A stretch of DNA of 64,000 nucleotides from Octopus sinensis (GCF_006345805.1 NC_043015.1:9238001-9302000); one strand, 5' to 3'. Positions 47,087 to 62,185 are shown, counted from the first letter of the stretch. Program-made: numbers and translations. The notes: a model not told the origin generated them from the letters alone.

Positions 47087-50000
47087 GTGTATATATGTGT
47101 GTGTGCATTTGTGTGTGAATGCGTGTGTATGTGCGTGTTCAGAGTGCTAGAGAGAAACAGATTCTCATAAACAGATTCTCATATTATATATTGATATCGT
47201 CGTAGAGGAACAGTCGTATTCAATCCTTCCTTTCCAGGTGGGGGGCTAAATACAGCTACGTTTAAGCTTATCAAATCATGTGATGTTTTCCCTTTTATTT
47301 ACCGCAAACATTATATGATGCGCCAATAATTGCATGCTGTACTACAAATTCAATGCACACCTATTATCACTATTTATCTTCTTTGCCAAACATTCGTGAG
47401 AATATAAGCTTAAAATACAGCCTCAACCAGTAAAGGATGGTCTAGAATATCACCTCAAGAGAATCCTTTTAGAGCCGCACCGTAAAACATTTAGAAGGAG
47501 CAAAATATAACAATATAGACAACTGCATAAACGCCCAAGTTAAGAACAATACAGAAAAGGTGCAGCTGAATAATCACGTTAAGTGACAAATCTAGAGACA
47601 TTGTCCTTCACAATTCTATTGTGAAAGCAGGAAAACATCGTTTTCCCGTTATTCGAAGCTAAACATTGTTACAGTCCTGTAATAGTTTATTATATCCAGA
47701 AGCGCAATTTTAAAATTACTGGATTATTCACTAATTAAAATGAGAAATCCTGCAAGGCAACGCAATGAAGATGGTAAATAAGCCCTATATGAGATTATTT
47801 AAATGTCAATATGAACATACCTTACGTAATATCTACACAAGTTAAACCTTATCATTCAACTACAGTATTAGTTAAATAATATTCTTTAGGCCGTAATTTA
47901 CTCACATGCGTCATCTTTCAGATCTTGTTACTAATACAGTCCTTAACCAAATTGAAACCTGTTAACATTTTCGAAGAGGGCTAGACCCTAGCTACATTTT
48001 GGCATAAGAAATTTATATTTCATCCAGTAGAAAAAAACTTTATGTAGCAAAGATATAGAATAGTAAGTAACGTCATTAATCAAGTTTAGAGCTAAATAAC
48101 TTCTTTATTTTAAAATCACAATATATTTATCCTTAGACTCAATGATATAAGAAGGCAATGAATTCCATAATTTTGTTTACACGCAACAAAACTTTGTATC
48201 AAAAAAGTCGTGAAGTAAAATATCATGAAAATATATGAGGGAAAAAATTGGATTTAAATATTATTTAAATATTATTTTCATTTCAAAAACAATCTATATT
48301 TTAAAACCTAAGTACATTTTAATCACTCTTAAATGACAGAGCCCAATTCGAGGAATTTCATGGTATCAGTCTCAAGCAATGAAGTTTGAAATCAAAAAGC
48401 TGAGTGCTTGTTTCTCAAATTTGAGTGTGATAATATACTTCTATACTTATTATGAATATAATTCTATAAGAGAACTTTTAATATATGTCACCGTCGTCAT
48501 TGAGGTAAGGAAACATTTATCAATGACTCCGCTAATTGACACATTTGATACATTATCCATTAGCATCATAGAATAGTCTGGAAAAAATGTAATATTTTCT
48601 AAATCTAAATATTTTATTTGAAATTATATCCTTTACTGCAACAGTTCAAGTAAAAGTGTTCTTGTTCTGTACATTACCAGATATAATAAGTTTTCTTGAA
48701 GCTTTCCAAGTGGAATAACTTGTCCCATAATTTTCCAGGTTTATAATCTTAAGAATATTATTTCTCTTACTTGCACTTTTCCATATAATTATAATCTAGC
48801 AGTAACATGATTAACCATCGCATTTAGTAGAGACTTTTAATGATTGTCTACGGTATTATATTACATATTATATTGCTGATTAATATTTACTAACAGTTTT
48901 TAAATATTTTATTAAATTATATCGAATAAAAGAATTTATTAAACAATGAATTAGCATCATATTAACATTAATTTCACCGAAATCTTGAAGTAATAGGAAA
49001 TGTATACATAGAATCCTCGGCTTTATTTGTATTATTTAGGGTATTATATTCCTTGTTTATTCACAAGTTATCTCAGAAATATATTTACAAGTTACCTCGT
49101 AATAAGAACTTCAAATGTAGTTAGGGGCACAGACTGAACGGCACTCTCACGTGCCCTGTTACATTTCATTTTATCTTGAAAATCTAAGATTTCATTTCGT
49201 ATAAAGATATAAAATGAGGAAAAGATGCTGCCTAACAAACACAAATCATGATTACTTAATATCCAAACCTTCGTGTAGATTGTTTAATTTAAAGCGCCCC
49301 TATATGGCATAGGTGTTGGTATACAAAAGCTGCCTAATAAAAAGCTTTTATAGCAGATGCACTGTACTCGTAAGGTATGGTAGGTTGTATGTCAATAGGT
49401 ATGTCCTGATCATAATAAACTAAGCTAGAATATAAAATGCATGGAAATATATTATGATAGACTTGATTTAGGTTTTCACTGGCAACAAAAGATGCATTCT
49501 AATGCTACGAACGCGCCTGTCCAGTCTCGATTCTCAAATAACGATTTTAAATTTTATCATGACATCGACACATTTTGATTTCAAATTGTATTGATCATGT
49601 TCCTGTGCCTATCATTTTTAACGAATATGTCTATATGCCATTATAGTATCGCCTTTAAATGAATTGTCATATGATAGGACTCAAGCAAGAGGCTCTCTTA
49701 GAAGAACGAGGTGACAAATTAATATCAATATTATAGATGTTTTTGTAGGGGATGATTTTAAAAGTATGCGGTCTCATTCATACAGGAAAGAGTTTCAACT
49801 GTACAGCATCATCAAGCGCAAAGGAGACATTTATCGAACAGCCATACGCCTGTTGTATAACGATTTTTTGCGATTTGTCTTCTTTGGGCAATGTGGAGAC
49901 GCAGAAATGACCCGGGGGAATTTTTGAATCAACGTAACCGAAACATGCTTAACAACCGATATGGTAGTCAGTGGCAAAATATGTAAGTGACAGTGCAGCA

Positions 50001-50369
50001 GGATATCATAGACCAGTATTTTACTCAATGGTAAAATTTGCAGGAAATACGCACAAATTCGATACTATCGGTGGGATTGGATATTCATTTTTAATACGAA
50101 ATGAAATTCCTTGGTTTAATCCATCAATAGTTTACGACGGAAATTTTGTAAAACCTTCCGAACACACCATGAGGAATAATTAAAATGACATAAAATGAAC
50201 GAAAACCTATTGCACATGGGTTTATATTTACAGTCATCTTTGAATATGGCATATAATAACATATTACTTTGAGATTTCCAGAATAATGTTTGGATATATG
50301 GACGACAATATTAACCGAAGTACCTCCCAATACTGGCTATGGAGAAAATTATATATAACAATTCATATA

Positions 50370-50863
50370 CAGTAATCCCTCGCCGTATCACGGGTTACCT
50401 ATGTCGCACTCAGTACATCGCGTATTTTCTGGCTACCATGCATTAACACATATCGTGGTCTCCTCAGTATATCGCGAGTTTCTCCAGCCAATACGTATTT
50501 ACATTTTCTTATATTTTAATTTATTTCTGTGGTAGACTAACCATTTCACGCATAAACATTTATAAATTAATAAATAGAAGTGGAGTACAGTACTGCATGC
50601 ATAATATATTGATTAAAATATATTAAAAGAAAATACGTAGTTTACCGTAGAGGATTAAACAAAGAACGACACATAATGTATGGAAAACGAAACTCGGGAG
50701 GAGAGTGTGTGATATTGATTTGCATTTATAATAAAATAAATATTTACTAATTATAAAAATGGTAAAATAGAAATTTATTACATTTCTGTTTCTATTTTGC
50801 GGATTCTCACCTATCGCGGGAGGTTTTGGAAGGTAACAGTCGCGAATAGTCGAGACGTTACTG
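50370..50863. mobile_element. pogo/Tigger-like MITE (494 bp), TA-flanked
   Basis: Imperfect TIRs CAGTAATCCCTCGCCGTATCACG / CGCGAATAGTCGAGACGTTACTG with TA on both sides. Confidence 0.7.
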
Positions 50864-51099
50864 TATATATTTTATATTTCTCAGTCAGTAGGTTTCACAT
50901 TCTTTTGTTACGTCTCTTTCTCTTTCTCTTTATGCTCGGATACAGATACATATATACATACATGCACATACAAAACATATATATATATATAAGTACTTAT
51001 ATAGTTGGATATACACACACACACGAAACCACACAGACACATACACACATACGCTCAAACACACACGCACACATATTCACACACACACACGCACCCCCC

Positions 51100-51167
<68 letters not shown>

Positions 51168-51802
51168 ATATGTGCGCATGCTTATATGTATTTATGTAAG
51201 TGTGTATATATTGATATTTGTATACGTGTGTTTGTGTCATTTCAGAATACACAGTTTGTTTATATCAGGTGGAGAACGGTTTACAATCATAGAAAGTTTA
51301 AACAAATAACTTAAATCTCAACATTAAAATACGTGTAGATAAATAATGCTTCTATGGTTGTGCTTGAAATATTTGTGTACGCAGAATCTTATGTGTGTGT
51401 GTTTCTGTGTGTTCGTGCTCGATCGCGTGTATGTGTGCGTGTGTATGTGTTTAGGTGTGGCTGCACGAGTGTGTGGCATAACATTTCCTGATTTGACAAA
51501 ATATTTATTCTTTCACTTTTCCCTTTTTATTGATAGATGTATTTGCTGCAACCTTGCAATATCAAACAATATATTTTTATTTCCATTCCGAAGAAAATAT
51601 GAATGCATTTAGCCTTTAATAGGCTTATCTAAAATATCTATTTTTTTTGTTTTTCTTTCCTAAGCCGTTTTATGTAATGCGTATAAAACTTATATGCATG
51701 TACATATACATACATACAACGGCATACATATGTGTGTTTGTGTGTGTGTGTATGTGTTTGTTAGTGTGTGTGTGTGTGTATGTGTGTGTGTGTGTGTGTG
51801 TG

Positions 51803-51840
<38 letters not shown>

Positions 51841-52980
51841 AAGAATAACTGTTGTATATATATACATTATAGAACATAAATAATATTGTCCTTTAAAAAT
51901 ATTTTTTTCTCTCACCAAGTAAACGGAAATGTTGTTAACGAAGAAAATGTTCTCTCTCTCATACCATGTACCATTTCATTACTTTTATTTTATGAATACG
52001 AGCTAGTCTTAAAGAGTGAATCATGAGCATCTTAACTCGAATCATGAAAGCATGTTATCAAATACCTTACAGTATGCACTGCATAAACTTATTCAGAATA
52101 AGATTTTTTTATTTATATCACAGCTTTAATAACGACAATAACAATTTTCTATAAATAGCACACGTGTTTTCGTGAACAAGTTCAGCAAATAATAGACGAA
52201 GTCAAACAGGATAAGAGCATACATGTAGTGTTATAGAATTTATTACAACGCAGTATTTGTCTAGTTCCTTCTATCCGCAACGCCCATATGGAAAATTTAT
52301 AGTAATTCTTATACAATTCTGTGTTTGTAGGTATATACTGCCAGATTGATGTACAGTAAGACTTAGAGTTTAAGGTCTTTAACTGTGAATTCAGCAGATG
52401 AGATATTGTCATTGGTGTTATTCTCCTTATTCTTGACGCTGAAGTTGTAGTCCCTTTTGTTTATGCTGCTGCTGTTGGTGGTGGTTTTATTTTATCGCTA
52501 TTCCTTCTACTGTCTTATCGCGAATTATGTAAAGTACCTGGCGGCGGATAACACTCGGTGCTTATACATCCACATAAAGCAAAAAAAAAAAAAAAGACTG
52601 TGTCGCTTTGAAGAAGATAGAATGAGATCAGAATATTAAATGACTGGTGTTCACTTTGTAGTATATATGAGAGTATTTCATTACAATATCACTTAAACAC
52701 GCTGGTAATTAGGACTTATAAGTCAGCAATAAATGTTTTCTTTTTTTTTGCGTATCTATCGTCAAGTAATGTACACCATTTATTCCTTGCTTATTAATAT
52801 TATAATCGATACAGAAAAAGGAATCAGCAAAATTCAAATTATTGGCGTAATTTACATAACTACCTTTATTGCAATAAATACAAGATTACCGTTTCATCTC
52901 AATTACGATTGCAGTGAAAGTCATCAAAGCTTGCGAATCTCCAAATAGCTAAATGGTAGTGGAATGTATGTCTTCATTTT

Positions 52981-53259
52981 AAATAGCCATCAACAGTTAT
53001 TTAATCGTGATTAGGAACATAAAAATTATTGAACGCAGACATTAGGCAATATTGAGCTTTATCGTTTTTAGCATTTTTTTTTTACTGAATATTAATACCC
53101 TGATAAACATCAATACTTAAATCGGGGGTTTGTGAAGAGAGTAGACAAAATTAATTAACATATCTTGATTTACTTACGTGAATGTATACTAATTATGCCA
53201 ATACGTTCTAACACACGACTTAAAAGTATTAAAAGTATTTCGTGCTTGACATATAGATA

Positions 53260-53310
<51 letters not shown>

Positions 53311-53918
53311 TGGTATGGTGCCAGTTTTTTTCTGTCAAAAGATCATGACGAAGAAACTAAAGCCCTAAAGTGACTTGACATGTTCCAGTCATTGTATGAC
53401 AGGTTCTGAAGTATTCAGAGGAAACAAGTAAGATTTGACGAGATGGCTCCCGTGACAGCAACACGTTTTCCTTTTGTCTTTTCGGATTCTAATCCTAGCC
53501 TTCTCAAAGTTACATGTAGTGTCAGTATTCAACCATGCAAACACACATTCAAGATATCTCACCCTGCCAGGTTGAACGAACGTGGTCTACATGCATAAAC
53601 ATTTCCAGCTGCAAGTGGAGCACAGAAAAAAAAACAGCGCTCATAACACTACTCTCACTATAGATACGATTACTGAGGATGGTCTGTCGAGAATCATGGG
53701 GCCGTTATAATACAAAAATAGCCATCAACAGTTATTTAATCGTGATTAGGAACATAAAAAGTATTGAACGTAGACATGAGGCAATAATAAGATTTATATT
53801 TTTTTACCTTTTTTTGCCGAATATTAATGCTTTGATTAATATTCACACTAAAATCGGAAGTTTATGAAGAGAGTAGACAAAATTAATTAACACATCTTGA
53901 TTGACTTACTGAATATAT
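52981..53918. repeat. Two diverged ~200-bp direct repeats (52981-53188, 53716-53918)
   Basis: The offset is 735 bp. The first 45 bp are identical and the rest is clearly diverged. Confidence 0.85.
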
Positions 53919-54423
53919 ATGTTTTATACATATCTGAGAGTTTCATGATGCACTGGTTAAAAATTTTATTGAAACAGATATATGAAGGCGGATTCGTAAA
54001 AGTGTAGGATTTTAGGTATGAATAAATAACAAAGGTTGCCATGAAAAATAGCTGTAAGATATTCCGGATAAGAGGGGAATGGTTTATGAATTTATGAGAT
54101 TGTCAAGCATGGTTCTAGAAGGAATAAAGGAATACTTTTCAAAAGTTGTGAAGTTTCAAGAGTAAGGGAATTAAAAGAACCATAGAACTTAAATTATCAT
54201 GTTCACGATCGTGTGTCAAAGTCAAGATGTGAGATAATATGCGAAATGCGATATATTTTATACTGACTTCCTTTAAATCATTTATATTATTATGTAAATG
54301 TAGGTAATGTTGTGAAGTAGTGTACTGAAATTTACAAATTTTCAACGGTTTACACGTACATAAATACACACATACACACATAAACGTACATACATACATG
54401 GATACGTATACATTTATATATAC

Positions 54424-54467
<44 letters not shown>

Positions 54468-54623
54468 CTATTTACTAATTATATACTATTTATTTATTAT
54501 TTTGTACTTTATTTAGTTCTAGGTAGATGTTTTATCGTATTTTTTGTATATGGTATGATTTAATTATATCATAGTTGAATTGCTACATGGTGGATCTTCT
54601 CTAATTTGTATATATGCATATAT

Positions 54624-54675
<52 letters not shown>

Positions 54676-56181
54676 CACATATATATATATACATATATAT
54701 ATGCATACATATATATGTATATATATAGACACACCCGCACATACACACATACACACACACTCACGCACACACACATATATACACATATATACAGAAATTA
54801 GAGCTGGATATGGAGCATTATATATATATATATATAGAGAGAGGAACGCCTGATGCGAGATTTAAAGTAAATATATATGTTAATCAGTAAAAGTGTTTGT
54901 GGAAGATTAGTAGTTATTATTAGAGGTTACATCAGTTGATAGGTAATTAACCTATTCCAATAAGTGATGTACGCTGTCGATAATACGGTGTGTACTTTAA
55001 TTTACAAATAATAACCCCACGCTATTTGATAAAACTTTCCTCAATGTACTAATATGTGTGGATTATTATAGCTTATACATTTAAATTTAATGAAACTGAG
55101 GAAAACTAAATGAGAAAAATCAGAAATAATGTTATCAACTAGTTGCTGCGTGGCATATCACATAAATCACTTTAGTATGAAATTTGAACGCTCATAGTGG
55201 AAATAATTTGACATAATTACATTAACGAAATATTTATAGTTAGTTTAACATCTCGCCTTCGATCTATGATCCGATGAAGTGTTCTTATGCCACGGAAATC
55301 TAAATCAGAATCGAAATCATTCAAAGAAGCAAGGGTGTTTTAACATAGATATAACAATAATAATAATCCTTTCAGTATCATTACAGCAAGTATATGATAT
55401 GTAATCATGACAGTAAGGATATGATATGTAATGACACATCAGACTTTACAAATTTCTTTCCATTGTAGGGTGTTAAAATAATTACACACAGTATTTTATT
55501 ATACTTTATCTCTTGCCAAAATTATCGGCATTCTCGTTAAATAGCCTGTTTATATAAAGTTATTTCTTGTATACCAAGCAACGCATCTCTTTACACATGA
55601 GGATTGAGTGTGCATGAGAAGCCAAAATCTTTTCAGGGTAAAAATGAAACTAGAATAAATTAAACTACTGTTTATGAAGTGATAAAAATCATGGTTCATA
55701 TTTTCCATTTACTACAGATGCAGACGCCTGCCAGATATGAAATTGCGTGATAGTTTGTAATAAAGGATGTTTAGGGTAGCATCATTAAAATGACTGTAAT
55801 TTGTAAAGAAATATGCTACTACTAATATGAAGAACCTAGAAATTGGTTGAAGTGAATAATCATGCGTTCTGTTTATAAAGGCATGTAAGCAATATTTGTA
55901 CACGCAAGAAGAGTTTTGCATATTATATATGTTGAAATTCTGTCTTGAGTCAAATATTCCATACATAATCTCAATGAACTCTGTTCACTAAAACTTAAAT
56001 AACTCGTTTCACAACGGTTCTATATGAGTAGACGTTATATATGTGACGACATGCTAGTGCTTATGAAAAAATTATGCGTTACATACTTTCCCGTTTAGAT
56101 GAAACAACTCGTCGTTATTCAATTAATTTCACTATTTTTGTATTTGCAAAAACCTCTATACACGTACACACAAACACACAC

Positions 56182-56281
<100 letters not shown>

Positions 56282-56367
56282 TATGTGTATATATATATGT
56301 ATATACATATATGCATGTATATATACCTATATACACATATGCACACGCACATATATTTACACACACG

Positions 56368-56418
<51 letters not shown>

Positions 56419-56931
56419 CATTCAAGATGAGAACTCTTTTCAAGAAAAAACAGCGTATTGTTCAATCTATTGGGCGATTAGATCAAAGTATTAATTTGAA
56501 AGAGACAAGTTCCAAGTTCAATAACACTCCTCATCAAAGCCTACACATGTCTAAACAAAAGGCGCATATATGCTATTATAAGCATGGGAACATAAAACAT
56601 ACAAAAGAATATATATACATATAACAGTGAAATTCCGTGACCATATCAAAGTCGGATTAGTAATTGCATAAACACATACAGATGAATTAAGAAGTCCAAG
56701 CTGATTAGATAGCATCTGACAATAATGCAGAAACGGAAGTCCTCAAATGAATCAAATAAATAGCAAAATTCCTAGGGCCTTTATGGGAATGTGCGAGGAA
56801 GTGTTTTTGTAAGATTATTTGAACGTTGGTAATCCATGTTTCCTTCACCAGAGAATATGTACGGATTTGGAGTTTTAAAAAATCATAAAATTATTGATGG
56901 CATTGTAATATATATATATATTTTTTTTTTT

Positions 56932-57061
56932 TTTATTTTATAGAAGGAGCTTCTACAGGACTAGAACTGTTTCGTTCAAATGAAATCATCAGGAAGCTTC
57001 CTGATGATTTCATTTGAATGAAACAGTTCTAGTCCTGTAGAAGCTCCTTCTATAAAATAAA
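56932..57061. ncRNA. 130-bp spacerless palindrome encoding a type I hammerhead on each strand
   Basis: The centre is AAG|CTT at 56996/56997 and the single mismatch is 56974/57019. The plus-strand HHR has stem I AGCTTC/GAAGCT, CTGATGA 57001-57007, stem II TTC/GAA, GAAA 57020-57023, stem III ACAG/CTGT and GUA cleavage after 57039. Confidence 0.8.
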
Positions 57062-58238
57062 TTAATTTACTCTGCCATGTATTGAGTACCTTATTTACTG
57101 TGGTTAACCCCGACTCAACCCGGGACCTACATATATGTATATATACATTTACATATACATATATATATATATACATATGTGTGTGTGAGTGTGTGCTTGC
57201 GTGTGCGTGTATGTGTGTGTATGTGGGTGGGTGTGTACTTATACACACACATATAAATCAGTGGCATGTCGCACATTCGGAATAATGAAATATATTGTAC
57301 TAACAAACAACTCCTAGAAATCAGAGAGAACTAATCTGAATCCATGGGAAGCATCATGACAGCAACATGCCAAAGATACGCAACTCTGATAAGGTTATCA
57401 AGAAACCTATCATTTCATTCACAGCAGTGAACACTAGTCATCTACTCGGATGTATTATGGCATTTGACTTTGCACATTATATAACACAAACCAATAACTT
57501 TTGATTTATAAATTTAGCTGCAAGCAATGGTGGCTGTTTTGTAGATTCCCTAGGTGAAGGACAGCTGTTATCTCAGTTGTGATGTAGATCAAATTTACAG
57601 CAAGACCGAGAACGCAGCAAGCGATATTCAATGTTGGTCAATAAGGCCCCTCTAGTATATATGGATTTGAAGCGCTGCAAAATCCATAAGGAGAAACAGA
57701 TAGTAAAATCCCAAGAAATATGTCACGAAATCTTTCTCACGCTGCTGTCATAGATATTATCATAACTAGCACATGGAAACAGTATTAATACGATCTGGAA
57801 CAATACTGTTGCTCATAGAGTATATGTTGTGAGAGCTATCAGATAGATGTGCGTTAATTCGTAGTAAAATGTTCACCAGTGTTACAGTTTTCGAGTTGTG
57901 ATCAATTTAATAATTTTAAATATTTGTAATAATTTTAAATATTTGTCGCGTATTCGAATGTAAGATTGTCCCAATATAAATTAGAAGTGTAAATAGAAAT
58001 AATTGTCAGAATGCATGTTTTGTTAACAGAGCATAGCAATTTGTTTAGCATTGTTGACAATTGTTGAGCAATGTTAGCATATGTACGTAAGAATCAGTAA
58101 AGCCATGAAAAATTACAATTGCACAAGTAGGTTAGATGTTTGCAATGTCAAGAATGTAAGAAAAAAGAACGGGCTGTAACCAGTGGTACGAAAACTGGTG
58201 TGAAATGTTAACATCTGCCCGTTTTCAGTTGCAGAAAT

Positions 58239-58452
58239 CTGTCCGCTGACAGTTGTACTGCTCTATTCACTGACGGTCGTGCGATCTATTTGTTGACGTT
58301 TCTGCAGCGCGGTTCACTGGCGGTTGTAGGATCTGCTCGCTGACGATCGTGGAGACCTGTTTGCTGATAGTCATGGATATTTATTTCCCGACAGTCATGG
58401 AGATCTCTTCGCTGCCTGTTGTACATTGTTGTTCGCTGACATTTGTGCAACT
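58239..58452. repeat. Old 24-bp minisatellite, about 9 diverged units
   Basis: By-eye consensus CTGTTCGCTGACAGTCGTGGAGAT. Units start at 58239, 58263, 58286, 58310, 58333, 58357, 58381, 58405 and 58429. Confidence 0.7.
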
Positions 58453-59328
58453 CTGCAGACGCTGTCAAAATGCAGGTTCTGCTTTTCTAATGACTGCTGA
58501 TTTTATAGGTAAACAATCATATCTGATTGCCTGCCGTTGCCAAAGCACAACTGTGGTATTCTGCCATAACGAAATATGGCTTCATTGACTCACTACAGGC
58601 ATACGAAAAGGTGTACAACAGATGGCAGAAGTGAAACAAACATCATTAACAACAACCTGGAATGAATAATTAAAATAGTTCCCCTAATGTGTGGCCCTTC
58701 CCCCTGTTTATTGCACTGAATAATTTCTGATCCCAAATTACCTGTGTATGTTGGAAATTATATCCCATCAATCAGAAAATCATACTTTTATTTGGGGCAG
58801 ACGAGACAAATCCCATTTGATAAACTGATACCTGACATGAAATCATTTTTAATTCACTGAAAGCTAAATTCAAAAATTCCTTTCAAAAGTAATATTATGA
58901 AATGGTCGACTGCAGTTCTATTGTTAGTTCTAGGAAGCAGTAGTATTCCGTGAAATGATCCGTGGACTAAATCTTGCGGTGTTTGATTTGGAACATAAAA
59001 TGACAAAACATCCAAGAGAGAGACACTAGAACCAAAAACTAAATATTCTGTTGGAGAAGAACCATGTCTGCATGTGGAGGCTGATATATTCCTTGAAGAT
59101 GTACTGAGGCATATCGCAAGACACACGCAGTATAAGGGACAATAATTGCGACTCTGAGACACCTGCATTGGAAAATGTTCGCAAATCAAATTGTTGTTGC
59201 ATCATTGATTACCTGGACTAAATCTCGAATAATCATTAAGTAACTCTACCATTTACTGGTCCAGACGAATTATCCCTGGCGTTTATTTCCTCTCTACTGC
59301 TTTCTGTCTTTATTACCCTCTGTCTCTG

Positions 59329-59412
<84 letters not shown>

Positions 59413-59469
59413 AGTATCTATCTATCTAAAATCATACATATAAAGATATATGTATATATATATACACTC

Positions 59470-59500
<31 letters not shown>

Positions 59501-60451
59501 TAGAGGGAGAGAGAGATGCATTAAACGAACACGTATATTTACTTATCTCCCTATCTGCCTCTCTCTCTCATATATATATATATATTACGTGTAGATATGT
59601 GTGTGTATGATATCATTTGAGGCTGAGTGTATGTGTATGTCCGCATTTATACACTAGTAATAATATTTTCACAGATACCTAATAAACATAGAATCTTTGA
59701 TGTCAAATTAATTACATTGTTTCGCTGTTTGTTAAATTGTTTGTTCGTTTTCTTTTCACGAAAATATATCTTTTTCCTACTTTATCAGTGTATTAATGAA
59801 AAACTAAATATAACTTTAACGACAAAGAAAGTTACTAATGAAAACCACAAATAATTGTTTCCGCATGATCGAACATGCTAAATAGTTTCTGATTGTGAAA
59901 TGATATTTGTTAATAAACTGTTACAATGTCGTTGCCTTCCACAACTCCACCACCCCTGTCAATAACCCCGGCGACAATGAAAATCAAAACACCGACTGAG
60001 AACAAAAATATTTATAATGGAGTTATTTTCATTATAAAAACCAAGAAAATGTATATGACGTCAATAAGGATGGAAAACTAAATGTGTCAGGTGACGATAA
60101 TTATATTTAATAATGTATTTAGTAATTCTCATCTCATATTTTTTTTCTTTCCATTTGTTTGCGTTTCCATCCAATTTGTGTTTGTATTGAGTATCCATGG
60201 GCTGCTGTTTATGACACAGTCCGTGCTAGCGTTATGAACATTCAGTCAACTACATCGGTCACGCTTCGTACTTTGAGCTTGGCCCTGAAAAATGTGTAAA
60301 TAGCTTCAGTAGCAAATCATCCTAATAATTTCTTTGGTCTTCAACAACACGAGTATTTAATCACAATTGTGGACACGGATCAGGCATACCTGAACACCAG
60401 GACGTTTACTAGAAAATCGACGTTAAATATACGGGCTTTTAACGTTTATTA

Positions 60452-61326
60452 TTTTACTCTTTTCCTCGTTTTATTCATTTTGAATGTGGCCATGCTGGAG
60501 CACCGGCTTTTGTCGAACAAATCGAGCCTAGGAATAATTCTCTGTACTCTAGTATGTATTCTAAGTTCAGGGGACTAAACACACAGACGACGGTTGTCGA
60601 GCGATGTTGAGGTAGAGAGACAGATACAAACACGCACACACACATACATGGACTTGACCTTGTGTGTAAGTACATATTCCTTTAAATTTGGTACTACTCT
60701 ATAACACAGTCTCTCTCTCCTACGTTTCTCTGCCTTTCACACTTTGCACTCTACTTTGATCTGTCTCTTTCTCCCTCTCTCTCTACTCCTCCTCCTACTT
60801 TTATCTTTTCTCGCCTCTGATTCTTTGGTCTACTCTTCCCCCACTCACTCACATTTCTCTGTCTTTCTCACTTTGCACCTCACTGATTCTGTCCACGCTC
60901 TCTTTCTTCTCCCCTCTTTAATCCCTTCCTTCACTCTCTTCTCCGCCCTTTGGTGCCTTCGTCCCTCTTTTTCTTCTCCCTTTGATTCCTTTGCCCCCTT
61001 GTTTTTCTCTCTCGTTTCCTCTCACGTGACCGCTGGTCAACCAGCCTTTCGGCTTCTAACCAGCGCCATCAGAACAGCGTTTCCTATACATCGTTTCCTA
61101 TACATTCGATCCTTTTTCCAAGGAATATAATGCTCGTAGCTTAGTTCTTCCTTGGGGCTGGCCGGATCGGAGCGATCTCAAGATTAATCAGCCGAAATTG
61201 CTAGGATGATCCGGTTCATGACTGAAGATTGAAGGCTTCGAATATCCCGTCCGTGTTTTTTATATCGTCTTCTAAATGTTTTGCTTTCTTGTCCCAGTTG
61301 TATTTTTTTACATATACATATATATA

Positions 61327-61380
<54 letters not shown>

Positions 61381-61535
61381 GACGGGATTCTTTCAATTTC
61401 CGTCTAGGAATTCCATTCACAAGTCTTTATTGGGCACGATTCTATATCAGTACATACTTGAGCAAGATACCACGCAGTGGGACTGAAACAGTGGATTCAA
61501 CGTGGTTTTGAACTAAGCTTCTTGCTACAGAATCA
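60452..61535 (-). mobile_element. SINE family A split by a ~0.6-kb insertion (3' half 60452-60650, 5' half 61378-61535)
   Basis: The halves are colinear. The insert (~60700-61315) has a long pyrimidine-rich tract and a unique tail; its identity is unclear, possibly PLE-derived. Confidence 0.65.
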
Positions 61536-61970
61536 TATGATCAAAAATTTACTGCAGAGAATGAAGGGGAAATACATACCTCCTATTATTGGTATTATGC
61601 GAAATACACCAGCGGACATTATGAAAGGAAACTTATGTAAAATCTGTCTTAGCAAAGGAGTCAAAGAACCTTTCCGCGATCAAACCGCACTCCAAATATG
61701 CAGTCTATGGGTGTCTTACAACGTCTCTTACGTAGATGATATTACATCGTCATATATTAAAAATAAAATAATCTAAATTTAGATTCTTACAAATGGTTAC
61801 GTACGTGTCTGAAATTACATGTTATATACTACTCTTCTAGAATGGAAAAGCGGGCATTTTATAGATAATTACACCTAAACCATGATGCGCTATCACACAA
61901 GAATTGAATTTATTTTGTAGATTGTAAATTTTACAAACGTATCCTGAATATCTTTAGAACGAGCAATATA

Positions 61971-62185
61971 CCCCGGGGTGCTGAAAAGTTCTAGGCTTTA
62001 AAATCATCACCAATGACCTAGTTGGAGTATCAGCATTCCGAGTTATTTTACACGGCTTAGAAAATCTGAAAAAATGTTGCAATTCATATATGAATCTAAA
62101 GAGTATGTGTTGAATAAAATCATAATTAACTAATTTTCCTGTATTTACTTTTACAGAAAGCCAGAAACTTTTCAGTACCCCCTCG
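61971..62185. mobile_element. mariner-type MITE (~215 bp), TA-flanked
   Basis: TIRs CCCCGGGGTGCTGAAAAGTTCTAGGCTTT / AAAGCCAGAAACTTTTCAGTACCCCCTCG. Confidence 0.75.

Noticed and set aside
55266-55320. CCGATGA-A-GTG...CAC-G-GAAA hammerhead-like string
   Set aside because: The A15.1-U16.1 pair is missing and stem I does not register with a cleavage site; it is too weak to call.
58900-59200. Possible MULE transposase C-terminal remnant (NQKLNILLEKNHVCMWRLIYSLK)
   Set aside because: The resemblance is loose, stops interrupt it, and no TIRs were found.
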